From Syntrophorhabdaceae bacterium (GTDB lineage: Bacteria > Desulfobacterota > Syntrophorhabdia > Syntrophorhabdales > Syntrophorhabdaceae), in NCBI GenBank assembly GCA_963665295.1, contig OY762209.1, forward strand, positions 4,128,001 to 4,192,000: 64,000 bases of DNA, read 5' to 3'. Below, piece by piece: positions 29,923 to 40,369 of the stretch. A model generated the notes under the pieces. It searched no databases. It was not told the DNA's origin and was given only the letters and a program-made list of their open reading frames with translations. Positions within the stretch are counted from its first letter, which is position 1; each line of letters starts with the position of its first letter. The position numbers were made by a program, and so were the translations under genes.

Positions 29923-32514
29923 ATGGAAGATAATCATATGAATCAAGACGAACAGCAACGACGTGTCCTACAGGAATACATCTTCAATCTCGAAACCACC
30001 AGGGAAGAAGTAGAGGAACTTGCGGCGGCTCACGCGAGGCTGAAGGAGTCTCAGGACCTGCTTGTGGCCGTCCTTGATAGCACGTCCCATGGCATATGTC
30101 TGATCAGGAACCACATATTCGTCTGGTGCAACAGGGGCTTCTCCCATATACTGGGATGGGAGCAGGAGGAATTGGCGGGCCTGAGCGCGGGCATCCTCCA
30201 TCCTGCCGGAGAGAAGGATAATGCAGTCCGGACCATCCTTAACGACGCCTCCAGAAAGGGCGGGCTGGTCACCAGGGAATGCAACCTCCTCCACAAAAAC
30301 GGCCATCCCGTCCCCTGTCTCGTAAACGTCCGGCCCCAGGACGAGAATGAGCCCTCCAGAGGCTGCGTCCTGTCCATCACCAATTTTACCGAGTTGAAAA
30401 ACGCTCAAATGGAATTACAGACCGCATACAGGGAATTGGAGGCCCGTACAACCGACCTGGTGCTGACTAACGCCCAGCTCAGCAAAGAAATCGTGGGGCA
30501 CAGGGAAGCCCGGGAAAGATTGAGCCGGTACAGAAATCACCTTGAAGATCTCGTGAAGCAACGTACGGAAGAGCTCAAGAAGACCAATGAATATCTGCGA
30601 AGAGAAATATCCGAACGAAAACAGCAGGAAGAAACATTACAGGAACTGGAGGAACTGGAATCATCGATTCTCGGAGCCATTTCCCACGCGGTAATCGGTC
30701 TCAAAAACAGGATCGTCATTTTCGCGAGCGATGCAGTGGAGGATGTTTTCGGCTGGAGGCCGGACGAGTTGATCGGCAAGAACACAAGGCTTTTCCACGC
30801 AACGGATGAAGAGTACGAGAGGATCGAACTCATGTACGATGTCCTCGCGAAGCAGAAGCTGTACTCCGCGGAACTTCCCTGTCGTCACAAGGACGGGAGA
30901 GACATCATGTGCCGGCTCACTGCCTCCAGAATCGGACCGAGCCTTACGGATCGACAGATCGTCGTAACCCTCGAGGATATTACCCAGCGACAAAGGGTTG
31001 AAAACGCTTTAAGGGAGAGCGAGGAAAAGTATCGGAACATATACGAGAACACCTTCGAAGGAATCTTTCAGGCGACTCCGGACGGCCGAATGCTCAGCTC
31101 CAACCCCGCCCTCGCCCATTTGTACAAGGCGGCGTCACCTGATGAGTTCATGAGGGAAGTAGAAGACCTCGGGGCCCTTTGGGCCGACCCCGTCCGGAGA
31201 AATGAGTTCTGGCGGGCGCTGGAGGACCAGGGAATTGTCCAGAATTTCGTGGCCCAGATAGGCTGTAAGGACGGTGACAGGAAGTGGGTTTCCGTTAACG
31301 CCAGGTCGGTCCTCGATAAAGAGGGCCGCCCATTATACTGCGAAGGGACCTTCCAGGACATATCCGAGCACAAAAGGCTTGAATCCCAGCTTGTCCATTC
31401 TCAGAAGATGCAGGCTATCGGGACTCTTGCGGGAGGTGTGGCTCACGATATAAACAATATCCTCATGGGCATACAGGGATATGCTTCTCTCATGCTCTAC
31501 GACCCCGACCGGTCCCATTCGGACCGCGAGAGGCTTTCAAGGGTAGAGGAACTTGTGCGAAGCGGGGCGGACCTTGCGAGGCAGCTCCTCGGATTCGCAA
31601 GAGAAGGTAAATACGAAGTCCATCCTATCCGGGTAAATGAAACAATCAAAGAGACTTCCACCATGTTCGGCCGTACGAAGAAAGAGATCACCATTCACCT
31701 GAGCTTCCAGGAAGATCTCCTTGCCGTGGACGCGGACCGGGGACAGATCGAGCAGGTCCTCGTAAACCTCTATGTAAACGCCTGGCACGCCATGCCCGGA
31801 GGAGGAGCGCTCTTTCTCGCCACAGAAAACACCTTCGTCGATACCCACCAGGCTAAGGCATGCTCGGTCAGTCCCGGCAGGTACGTCAAGATATCCGTGA
31901 CCGACACGGGCACCGGCATGGACGGCAAAACCAGAGAGAGAATATTCGAGCCCTTCTTCACCACCAAGGAAATGGGTAGAGGCACCGGCCTGGGCCTGGC
32001 CTCCGTATACGGCATTATCAAGAATCATGGCGGCTTCATAAATGTCTACAGCGAAAAGGGCCACGGGTCCACTTTCACCGTGTATCTCCCCGCCTCACTC
32101 AAGATGCCTTTGGAGGAGAAACCTCCCCAGGTCCACATCCAGGGCGGAAAAGAGACAATCCTTGTGGTTGATGACGAACCCACCATCGCCCGGGTTTGCA
32201 AGGGACTTCTCGAAGTCCTTGGATACAGTGTCATTACCGCGACGAACGGCCGGGAGGCGGTTGACATATACCAGGCGCAAAAGGGCTCCATCCAACTCGT
32301 AGTCCTCGACATGATCATGCCGGACATCGGCGGGGAAGAGACCTTCGAGTTCCTGAAGCTGGCCAACCCCGACGTGAAGGTGATTCTGTCCAGCGGTTAC
32401 AGTATGAATAGTCAGGCAACGAGGATCATGAATCAGGGCTGCCGGGCATTCATACAGAAACCCTTCAGCATGCAGGAGCTTTCTGAAAAGATCAGAAGAG
32501 TGCTTGATGCATAG
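29923..32514 (+). CDS. Cytoplasmic hybrid histidine kinase (3 PAS, HisKA, HATPase, REC)
   Basis: GGVAHDINNIL, NAWHAM, DTGTGM, FFTTK, GTGLGL, LDMIMP; AGGAG RBS before ATG 29923. Confidence 0.92.
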   Translation: MEDNHMNQDEQQRRVLQEYIFNLETTREEVEELAAAHARLKESQDLLVAVLDSTSHGICLIRNHIFVWCNRGFSHILGWEQEELAGLSAGILHPAGEKDNAVRTILNDASRKGGLVTRECNLLHKNGHPVPCLVNVRPQDENEPSRGCVLSITNFTELKNAQMELQTAYRELEARTTDLVLTNAQLSKEIVGHREARERLSRYRNHLEDLVKQRTEELKKTNEYLRREISERKQQEETLQELEELESSILGAISHAVIGLKNRIVIFASDAVEDVFGWRPDELIGKNTRLFHATDEEYERIELMYDVLAKQKLYSAELPCRHKDGRDIMCRLTASRIGPSLTDRQIVVTLEDITQRQRVENALRESEEKYRNIYENTFEGIFQATPDGRMLSSNPALAHLYKAASPDEFMREVEDLGALWADPVRRNEFWRALEDQGIVQNFVAQIGCKDGDRKWVSVNARSVLDKEGRPLYCEGTFQDISEHKRLESQLVHSQKMQAIGTLAGGVAHDINNILMGIQGYASLMLYDPDRSHSDRERLSRVEELVRSGADLARQLLGFAREGKYEVHPIRVNETIKETSTMFGRTKKEITIHLSFQEDLLAVDADRGQIEQVLVNLYVNAWHAMPGGGALFLATENTFVDTHQAKACSVSPGRYVKISVTDTGTGMDGKTRERIFEPFFTTKEMGRGTGLGLASVYGIIKNHGGFINVYSEKGHGSTFTVYLPASLKMPLEEKPPQVHIQGGKETILVVDDEPTIARVCKGLLEVLGYSVITATNGREAVDIYQAQKGSIQLVVLDMIMPDIGGEETFEFLKLANPDVKVILSSGYSMNSQATRIMNQGCRAFIQKPFSMQELSEKIRRVLDA

Positions 32515-32642
32515 GACACACCTCGCCTCGGGCGAAGAGCGTATCCGCTTATCCAATTCTGTGATATAATGGCTTAGTGTTTCTGTTCAGGGCAGCAGGG
32601 ACGCCGAAGTATCGGATCGTGGAGCAACAAGGAGGGGTGCAC

Positions 32643-35300
32643 ATGAGAAACATACTTAATCCGAAAGCCGTAGCGGTCGTAGGCGCCACCGAAAAGGCGG
32701 ACTCCGTGGGCCGGACTATCCTTGAAAATTTGCTCATGTCGGAGGACCGGAAGATATTTGCCGTCAATCCGAACCGGAAAGAGGTGCTTGGCCTTCCATG
32801 CTATGCCACAATATCGGATATCCCGGAACGGGTCAATCTCGCGGTGGTCGTCACCCCTGCCCCGACCGTGCCGGATATCGTTGAAAGCTGCGCGCAAAAG
32901 GGCGTAGATGGAGCGATCATCATTTCGGAGGGGTTCAAGGAGGCAGGAGGGGAAAACGGCCCGCTGGAAGAACGCCTTATCGACATAAGAAAGAAATATG
33001 GCATGCGCATTATAGGACCGAACTGTCTCGGTATCATCATGCCCAACATGGGCCTCAACGCATCGTTCCTGAAGACGAACCTTCCCAAGGGTAATATCGC
33101 CTTTATCTCCCAGAGTGTTTCCCTGGCGAGCGCCCAGTTGGAGTGGGCCATGAACACACAGACAGGCTTCAGCATGTTTGCGTCCCTCGGTTCGACGATC
33201 GATGTGGACTTCGGAGACCTGATAGATTATCTCAAAGACGATGACGATACCAAAAGTATCATGCTCTACATGAAAGATATCGGCAACGCACGGAAGTTCA
33301 TGAGCGCCGCCAGAGGCTACGTGAGGAGTAAGCCGATCATAGTGGTAAAACCCAATAGATTTCCCAAAACAAGGCGTGACGCCCTTTCCCGGACAGGAGA
33401 GATGGTGAATATCGACGAGATTTACGAGGCGGCCTTCAAGAGGGCCGGTGTCGTGAGGGTCAGGGAGATCGTTGACCTCATCAACGCCGCGGAAGTACTC
33501 GACTCCAGACGCCTGCCCAGGGGAACCCGGTTGGCAATAGTGAGTAATGCCGAAGGACTCGGGGCCATGGGCGCCGATGCGCTTCTGGAACAGGGCGCCG
33601 AACTCGCTCCGTTTTCAGAGGAGACCCTTAAGAAGCTGGATTCTCTTTTGCCTCCGGGGTGCAGCAGGGTCAATCCCCTCAACATTCTGGGGGACGCTGA
33701 TGTCGAGCGGTACATGAACGTGCTCAATGTTTGCCTCAACGACCGGGAGGTGGACGGCATACTGGTCATCTACGCGCCGGTCGGTTCGACAGGGCCCGCC
33801 GAACTCGCCACGGCTGTGATCACCATCGCGAAGAGATCGAAAAAACCGATCCTCACCGCCTTTGTGGGAACAAAGGTTGTGGAAGAGGCGAGACTTATAT
33901 TCTTCCATAACAGTATCCCCACGTACCGGACCCCCGAGGAGGCAGTCAAGACATATCTTTACATGTACCGGTATAAGAAAAACCTCGATCTTCTCTATGA
34001 AACCCCTGCGGAATTGCCTTTGGACCAAACCCCTACGCGACACAACCTGAAAGCCCTCATCCGGAGGGTAATCAGGAGCGGAAGATTTCTCCTCAACGAA
34101 GAGGAATCCAAAAACTTCCTCATCAACTACGGGATACCGGTCACGACGCCGTACATCAGTTGTGATGTGGAGGCCGCAAAGAAAGTGGCCCACAAAATCG
34201 GCTATCCGGTGGTAATGAAGATTGTCTCCCCCGATATATCCCACAAAAGTGATGTGGGAGGCGTTGCCGTGGGGATAGACTCCGACGAGGCCCTCACCAA
34301 GACTTACAGCCACCTCATGGAACGGGTGAAGGGAAGCGTGCCCGAGGCATCGATACAGGGTATAACTATCCAGAGGATGATCGAAAAAATAGACTATGAG
34401 ACTATCCTTGGAGCAAAAAAGGATAAGGACTTCGGATCAGTCATCCTTTTCGGAAAAGGGGGCGTGGGGGCCCAGATATACAGGGATTTTTCCATCGGCT
34501 TACCCCCCCTCAACCAAACACTCGCAAGAAGGCTCATGGAGGAGACGCAAATATACAAGGTACTCCAGGGCTACCGCCACAAAATGCCCGCGGACCTGGC
34601 GCACCTCGAACAGATAATCGTCAGTTTTTCCAACCTCATAGTGGATTTCCCCGAAATCGCCGAGATGGATATAAACCCCCTCGTCGTATCGGAGGGAAGG
34701 TTCTATGCACTCAACGCGCGCATTGTCCTGGACGGAGAATACACGGAACAGACACCGCGATATCCCCATCTGATCATCACCCCCTACCCCACCCGTTATA
34801 TTCTGCCCCGGCGATTGCCGGACGGGACAGAGATTCTTCTGAGACCCATCAAACCTGAGGACGAGCCGCTGGAACATGAATTCCTCGCCACCCTCTCCAA
34901 GGATACCCTGAGAAGAAGATTCTTCTCCGTGCCGAAAAACATAACCCACGACATGCTCATAACCTTCTGCAACATCGACTATGACCGGGAAATGGCGATC
35001 GTGGCGGAGATGAAGGAAGGCGAACGAAAGAAGCTCGTGGGAATCGGAAGACTGGTGATCGAACCGGGGTTCAGGGCCGGGGAGTTTGCCGTTCTCGTGC
35101 ATGACAGCTTTCATGGACGCGGACTGGGCTACAAACTCGCCGACGAGCTTATCGGTATCGGCGAGGAAAGAGGACTCCAGGAGATCTACGGAACGGTCCA
35201 GAGCGACAATGAGAGGATGCTCCGCGTATGCCGCAGACTGGGATTTACTACCCGGGCACTTCCCGACGGCACCACGAGGGTCACCCTGCACCTCCGGTAA
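32643..35300 (+). CDS. Acyl-CoA synthetase (NDP-forming)-like / GNAT fusion; Pat/PatZ-type protein lysine acetyltransferase
   Basis: CoA-binding N-terminus, GPNCLG, ATP-grasp (HKSDVGGV), C-terminal GNAT (IDYDREMAIVA, HGRGLG); start 32643 after GGAGGGG. Confidence 0.9.
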   Translation: MRNILNPKAVAVVGATEKADSVGRTILENLLMSEDRKIFAVNPNRKEVLGLPCYATISDIPERVNLAVVVTPAPTVPDIVESCAQKGVDGAIIISEGFKEAGGENGPLEERLIDIRKKYGMRIIGPNCLGIIMPNMGLNASFLKTNLPKGNIAFISQSVSLASAQLEWAMNTQTGFSMFASLGSTIDVDFGDLIDYLKDDDDTKSIMLYMKDIGNARKFMSAARGYVRSKPIIVVKPNRFPKTRRDALSRTGEMVNIDEIYEAAFKRAGVVRVREIVDLINAAEVLDSRRLPRGTRLAIVSNAEGLGAMGADALLEQGAELAPFSEETLKKLDSLLPPGCSRVNPLNILGDADVERYMNVLNVCLNDREVDGILVIYAPVGSTGPAELATAVITIAKRSKKPILTAFVGTKVVEEARLIFFHNSIPTYRTPEEAVKTYLYMYRYKKNLDLLYETPAELPLDQTPTRHNLKALIRRVIRSGRFLLNEEESKNFLINYGIPVTTPYISCDVEAAKKVAHKIGYPVVMKIVSPDISHKSDVGGVAVGIDSDEALTKTYSHLMERVKGSVPEASIQGITIQRMIEKIDYETILGAKKDKDFGSVILFGKGGVGAQIYRDFSIGLPPLNQTLARRLMEETQIYKVLQGYRHKMPADLAHLEQIIVSFSNLIVDFPEIAEMDINPLVVSEGRFYALNARIVLDGEYTEQTPRYPHLIITPYPTRYILPRRLPDGTEILLRPIKPEDEPLEHEFLATLSKDTLRRRFFSVPKNITHDMLITFCNIDYDREMAIVAEMKEGERKKLVGIGRLVIEPGFRAGEFAVLVHDSFHGRGLGYKLADELIGIGEERGLQEIYGTVQSDNERMLRVCRRLGFTTRALPDGTTRVTLHLR

Positions 35301-35365
35301 TTGGTGACGGATATTCTGCCTGCCCGGCAATCACCGATAAAATCAGTGTATCCCCGTCCAGCCTA

Positions 35366-35394
35366 TTGACAACACCGGGGACGCCCTGTACAAT
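35366..35394 (+). promoter_or_regulatory. Sigma70 promoter upstream of ahbA-polA
   Basis: TTGACA, 17 nt, TACAAT. Confidence 0.82.
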
Positions 35395-35421
35395 CAGTCA
35401 TTGCATCACACCGACGGCCTT

Positions 35422-35865
35422 ATGGACGAAACAGACAGAAAAATACTCAATATAATTCAGGAAGAATTTCCCATCACCTCCAGGCCCTTTGCGGAAATAG
35501 GGAAACGGGCGGGCGTGCACGAGAAGGCTGCCCTTGAAAGCGTGAAGAAGCAAAAGGAGGCGGGTTACATCCGGCGGATAGGCCCCGTGCTCGAACCGAA
35601 GAAAATCGATTACACAAGCACCCTTTGCGGCACACACGTCGAAGAGGCCATGCTGTTGGACGTGGCAGCGGAAATAAACACCCACAAAGGGGTGACCCAC
35701 AATTATGAGCGCGAGGGCAAACTCAATCTCTGGTTCACAATTACCGCACAGTCGGCGGAGGAGATCGATGCCTTCATCGAAAGCATCGAAAAACTCTTCG
35801 GTCTCACCATATACAGGTTCAACAAAAAGAGGGTGTTCAAAATAAGGACCTTTTTCCCTGCATGA
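35422..35865 (+). CDS. ahbA: Siroheme decarboxylase alpha subunit (AhbA/NirDL-like, Lrp/AsnC fold)
   Basis: DRKILNIIQEEFPITSRPFAEIG, IRRIG, STLC, VTHNYER, NLWFT. Confidence 0.8.
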   Translation: MDETDRKILNIIQEEFPITSRPFAEIGKRAGVHEKAALESVKKQKEAGYIRRIGPVLEPKKIDYTSTLCGTHVEEAMLLDVAAEINTHKGVTHNYEREGKLNLWFTITAQSAEEIDAFIESIEKLFGLTIYRFNKKRVFKIRTFFPA

Positions 35866-35962
35866 AAGAGGAGTCGTCCCACACCGGTCGCGGGCGGGTT
35901 CCGGGCACGACGGATTTGAGGGAAAGACTTCAACCCCATAACCGATAACGAGGAGAAAATAA

Positions 35963-38536
35963 ATGACTGAAAGTCCCGACCGCCAGACACACGACGCCGG
36001 ACAACCCACGACAAAGCGCGTATTTCTGGTTGACGGCAACTCATACCTCTACAGGGCGTTCTTTGCAACCCCCCACCTGTCGAATTCACGGGGGTTGCCC
36101 ACGAACGCGACCTATGCCTTCATGAACATGATCAAGAAGCTTGTAAATGAGGAGAAACCCGACAATCTCATCGTCATATTTGACTCCAAAGGCCCCACTT
36201 TCCGCGAGAAAATCCTGGAGACCTATAAAGCACACCGGCCGCCCATGCCCGGGAACCTCGCCCTTCAGATACCTTATGTCAAGGAAATCACCGTGGCCAT
36301 GGGCCTCCCCGTGATTGAGAAGGAAGGGGTCGAAGCGGATGATATAATCGGCACCATCGTGGAGCACCTCGGAAAGGAGAATGTCCTCATTTACATCGTT
36401 ACCAGCGACAAGGACATGATGCAACTTGTGTGCGGCAACGTCTTCATATACGACAGTATGAAGAACCTCCTTTTGAGTGAGAAGGAGGTGGAGGAAAAAC
36501 TCGGGGTGAAGCCACACCTTGTTACCGATTATCTCGCCCTCTCCGGTGACGCCTCGGATAACATACCGGGCGTGCCCGGCATCGGTGACAAAACGGCCCG
36601 CGAGCTTGTGGGAACCTTTGGAGACATAGACCGGATATATGAAAACCTTTCCGCCATAAAGAAGCCGTCGGTCCGGAAGAAGCTGGAGGAAGGGAGAAAA
36701 CTGGCGGTTCTCAGCAAAGACCTGGCCACCCTCAGGAAGGATGTCTCCACCCCCGAACACATTGACGAACTCACCGTGAAGGAACCTGATCTCAAAACCC
36801 TGCGCCGTCTTTTCAGGGAACTCGAGTTTACCGCGCTCTACAGGGAGATGAATGTGGAAGACGAAGAAAGGACGGAATGGCCCTCCATCGAAATCCCGGA
36901 CCTGAACAGGGCGCGCATCGCCATCGTCGCGGTTTTTCACGGTAAAGACCCCAAGGACACCCGTCTCGCGAGATTCGCGGCCTTCGACGGGAAAGGGGTC
37001 TTTTATTCCGAGAACGAGTCGGACCTGCTCCGTGTCGTTGCCGACGCCGCCGAACTGGTGGTCCACAACCTGAAACCCTACTATATCCTGTGCACGAACC
37101 GGGGCGTCGAGCTTTCGGCCAGGTGTTTCGATACCATGCTCGCCACCTATCTTATCAACCCTTTGAGGAAGGATTACAGGATCGGGTCCATCATTGAGGA
37201 ATACCTTGACCGGAACCTCCCTTCTCACGATGCGAAGGAAGCCCTCGTGGAGGGCGTCTCCCATCTCCCCGAACTTGCGGACGCCCTTTCGGCCAATATG
37301 AAAGAGCTTGGCCTTTCAAGTCTCTATGCCGATATCGAGATGCCTCTCGTGGAGGTGCTCGCACACATGGAGGATTACGGGGTGAAGGTGGACAGGAGGA
37401 TGCTTTCAAGCCTGTCCAGAGACTTCGACAAGAGATTGAACGGGCTCATGAAGAACATATATGATTTTGCAGGGGAATCCTTCAACATCAATTCCCCCCA
37501 GCAGCTTTCGCGCATACTCTTCGAGACCCTGAAATTGCCCCCCACAAAGAAAACAAAAAAGGGCTACTCCACCGACATCGACGTGCTCCAGGGACTCTCA
37601 ATGCTTCATCCGCTGCCGAAGGAGATCCTCGAATACAGAACCCTCACAAAACTGAAGAGCACTTACGCCGACGTGCTTCCCACACTTATCAATCCCACAA
37701 CAGGAAGGATCCATGCATCCTTCAACCAGATGGTTGTCGCTACGGGCAGGCTCTCCAGCACCGACCCCAATTTGCAGAACATTCCCATCAGGGGAGAGGA
37801 AGGGGTGAAGATACGCCGGGCCTTCGTTCCGGAAGACGGTTTTCTTCTTCTCTCCTCGGACTACTCTCAAATAGAACTTCGTATACTCGCCCACATCTCC
37901 GGGGACGAGTTGCTCATAGATACCTTTCTCAGAGGAGAGGATGTTCATTCCAGGGTCGCCCGGGAGGTCTTCGGGGTGAAACAGGGCGAAGTGACCGGCG
38001 ACATGCGAAGGACCGCGAAAGTGATCAACTTCGGGATCATTTATGGAATCAGCGGGTATGGACTTTCGAAGGAACTGGGCGTCTCTCCCAGGGAGGCACA
38101 GGACTATATCGACGAGTATTTTGTCAAATACAGAGGCGTGAAATCCTACATTGAACAGACCGTCGCCGGGGCCCGCGAGAGTGGCTTCGTAAAAACCCTC
38201 TTCGGTCGCATCCGTTATATACCCGAGCTTAATAACCACGACACGAACATACGCCAGCTTGGAGAAAGGCTGGCCATGAATACGCCTATTCAGGGCACCG
38301 CAGCTGATGTAATCAAGCTCGCCATGGTGAATATCTTCCGGAAATTGAAACCCCTTAAGCTTCTCTCACGCCTGATCATGCAGATCCATGATGAACTGGT
38401 CTTCGAGGTCAAAGAAGAGGAGATGGAGTTCATGGAGCAGATGGTCAGGGAAGAGATGGAACACGTGATCTCTTTGTCCGTGCCTCTGGAGGTAAACCTG
38501 CAGAAGGGCCGGAATTGGGCGGAAGCCCATGATTAG
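35963..38536 (+). CDS. polA: DNA polymerase I
   Basis: 5'-3' exonuclease (LVDGNSYLYRAF, EADD, GDASDNIPGV), TGRLSS.DPNLQNIP, DYSQIELR, QIHDEL. Confidence 0.97.
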   Translation: MTESPDRQTHDAGQPTTKRVFLVDGNSYLYRAFFATPHLSNSRGLPTNATYAFMNMIKKLVNEEKPDNLIVIFDSKGPTFREKILETYKAHRPPMPGNLALQIPYVKEITVAMGLPVIEKEGVEADDIIGTIVEHLGKENVLIYIVTSDKDMMQLVCGNVFIYDSMKNLLLSEKEVEEKLGVKPHLVTDYLALSGDASDNIPGVPGIGDKTARELVGTFGDIDRIYENLSAIKKPSVRKKLEEGRKLAVLSKDLATLRKDVSTPEHIDELTVKEPDLKTLRRLFRELEFTALYREMNVEDEERTEWPSIEIPDLNRARIAIVAVFHGKDPKDTRLARFAAFDGKGVFYSENESDLLRVVADAAELVVHNLKPYYILCTNRGVELSARCFDTMLATYLINPLRKDYRIGSIIEEYLDRNLPSHDAKEALVEGVSHLPELADALSANMKELGLSSLYADIEMPLVEVLAHMEDYGVKVDRRMLSSLSRDFDKRLNGLMKNIYDFAGESFNINSPQQLSRILFETLKLPPTKKTKKGYSTDIDVLQGLSMLHPLPKEILEYRTLTKLKSTYADVLPTLINPTTGRIHASFNQMVVATGRLSSTDPNLQNIPIRGEEGVKIRRAFVPEDGFLLLSSDYSQIELRILAHISGDELLIDTFLRGEDVHSRVAREVFGVKQGEVTGDMRRTAKVINFGIIYGISGYGLSKELGVSPREAQDYIDEYFVKYRGVKSYIEQTVAGARESGFVKTLFGRIRYIPELNNHDTNIRQLGERLAMNTPIQGTAADVIKLAMVNIFRKLKPLKLLSRLIMQIHDELVFEVKEEEMEFMEQMVREEMEHVISLSVPLEVNLQKGRNWAEAHD

Positions 38537-39398
38537 CGGGTTCCGCGAGAATCGAGAGCAGTTCGGCGCAGAGTATGAACACGAATACCGAAAAATAGAC
38601 CCAGAAAAGCAGGGCGATAAATATCCCGTACGTCCCGAAGAAGGTAGTAACCTTGGTCAGGTGGAGGATAAAATGCTGGAAAAAGTGTCTGCCCAGGTGC
38701 CAGCACAATACGGCCGAGACTGAAGTGACGAAGATGATCGTCTTGTTTCTCACGGGGGTGAGGAAATAATAGAGGAAGAAGAACTGGATGAAAGTCACGG
38801 ACATTTCCATGAAAGAGAAGGCATAGGCGAAGAAGGTTTTTGAAATGAAACCGGGCAGCGCCCCTATGAGCTTTGTCTGAATCACAATGCTGAAAACGAA
38901 ACTGAAAAAGATCACCGCCTGAACCAGGGCAAAAACGAAGGTGAGGAAGAATTCCTCGCCCTTTCCCTTGATAAACCCCTTGGTGTGTTTCCCGAAAATG
39001 ATCCTGAAGGAAGGCCTTATGATGGCAAAGAGCCTTGTCGCAAAGAAATAAAGAAACAGCAGGCCCAGGGGTCCTGAAAGTTTCTTCGTAATGGAAATAA
39101 TATTCAGCTCTTTGATTACCCTCTTTACCACAAACGCGTTATAGGGGTCGGGCAGGATATTCCTGAGATATTTTTCAAGGTGAACGGCAGGGTTGTGCAC
39201 GTCGATCACGTAACCGAGAATATATATGGAGAGAAGGGTAAAAGGGATGAATGTAAGGAGTATGTAAAAGGATATGGACGAGACTATTATGTTCGCATTG
39301 TCTTTCTGGTATTTCTTGAACAGAGTCTTGATAAAGGCGACGGGATAAGTGCCTTTCCCCTTCATACTCTGCATGACGCGAACCCCTGGTCCCTTCAT
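38445..39398 (-). CDS. YihY / BrkB family membrane protein
   Basis: SISFYILL, multi-[18 protein letters not shown]...AEL; 3' end overlaps polA. Confidence 0.8.
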   Translation of the reverse strand: MKGPGVRVMQSMKGKGTYPVAFIKTLFKKYQKDNANIIVSSISFYILLTFIPFTLLSIYILGYVIDVHNPAVHLEKYLRNILPDPYNAFVVKRVIKELNIISITKKLSGPLGLLFLYFFATRLFAIIRPSFRIIFGKHTKGFIKGKGEEFFLTFVFALVQAVIFFSFVFSIVIQTKLIGALPGFISKTFFAYAFSFMEMSVTFIQFFFLYYFLTPVRNKTIIFVTSVSAVLCWHLGRHFFQHFILHLTKVTTFFGTYGIFIALLFWVYFSVFVFILCAELLSILAEPANHGLPPNSGPSAGLPPEARTKRSRVPSLP

Positions 39399-40369
39399 CC
39401 TATCCTTATCCGGGGGTCTGCGATGGCGTACATGATGTCCGCGAGAAGGTTTCCCACAAGGGTGAGGAAAGCGCCGATCACGAGGATTCCCATGATTGTG
39501 GGATAATCCCGGGCCATAACACTCATGAAAAAGAGTTGTCCCATACCGGGGATGGAAAAAATACTCTCCAATATCACGCTCCCGCCGATGAGACCGGGAA
39601 CGGAAAACCCGAGCACCGTAATTACAGGGAGAAGGGCGTTCCTCAATGCGTGTTTCCTCAAGACCATCCCCTGCGGAAGCCCCTTTGCATAGGCAGTAGT
39701 GATGTACTCCTGTCTCAGCACATCGAGAAGGCTGTTTTTCATGTATCGGGATACGCCGGCGAGACCCCCTATTGCCGAGGTAAAAACAATAAGTACAAGG
39801 TGTTTCGCAAGGTCAGCCCCTTTTTCGAAAAAAGAAAGGTCTCCAAAATCAAAGGACTTCAGGCCTGATATGGGCAAGGCCTCCAGATAGACCCCGAAGA
39901 ACAAAATGAGAAGAAGGGCAAGCCAGAAGGAGGGCATGGCAAAACCCCCGAAGACAAAAGCCGTAAGTCCCTTGTCGAGAAGGGTGTCCTTGTATCGGGC
40001 GGAAAGTATCCCTATGGGGATACCCACAAGGAAGATGAGAGCCATGGAAAGAAGCTCAATCGTGATAGTAACGGGGAGTCGCTCCGCAATTTTATCGATC
40101 ACGGGCCTCCTGTCGGAGGCGAAGGACCGGCCGAAATCGAGCTTCACTATCCTCTTCAGCCACAACAGGTATTGAACATAGAGCGGTTTGTCGAGACCGT
40201 AATAGACCCTTATCCTCTCCCTTGCTTCCTTGGTGACCTTCGGGTTCATCTGTGCCTCCAGAACACCCGGTTCACCCGGAGTCAAATGGATCACCACAAA
40301 GGAGATGAGGGAGATCCCAAGAAGCATGGGGATCATGAAGAACAGTCGTTTAAGGAGATATTGCAGCAC
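39395..40369 (-). CDS. Peptide/nickel ABC transporter permease (OppB/DppB-like)
   Basis: [27 protein letters not shown] (EAA loop), HALRNAL, RDYP; GTG start 40369. Confidence 0.92.
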   Translation of the reverse strand: MLQYLLKRLFFMIPMLLGISLISFVVIHLTPGEPGVLEAQMNPKVTKEARERIRVYYGLDKPLYVQYLLWLKRIVKLDFGRSFASDRRPVIDKIAERLPVTITIELLSMALIFLVGIPIGILSARYKDTLLDKGLTAFVFGGFAMPSFWLALLLILFFGVYLEALPISGLKSFDFGDLSFFEKGADLAKHLVLIVFTSAIGGLAGVSRYMKNSLLDVLRQEYITTAYAKGLPQGMVLRKHALRNALLPVITVLGFSVPGLIGGSVILESIFSIPGMGQLFFMSVMARDYPTIMGILVIGAFLTLVGNLLADIMYAIADPRIRIG

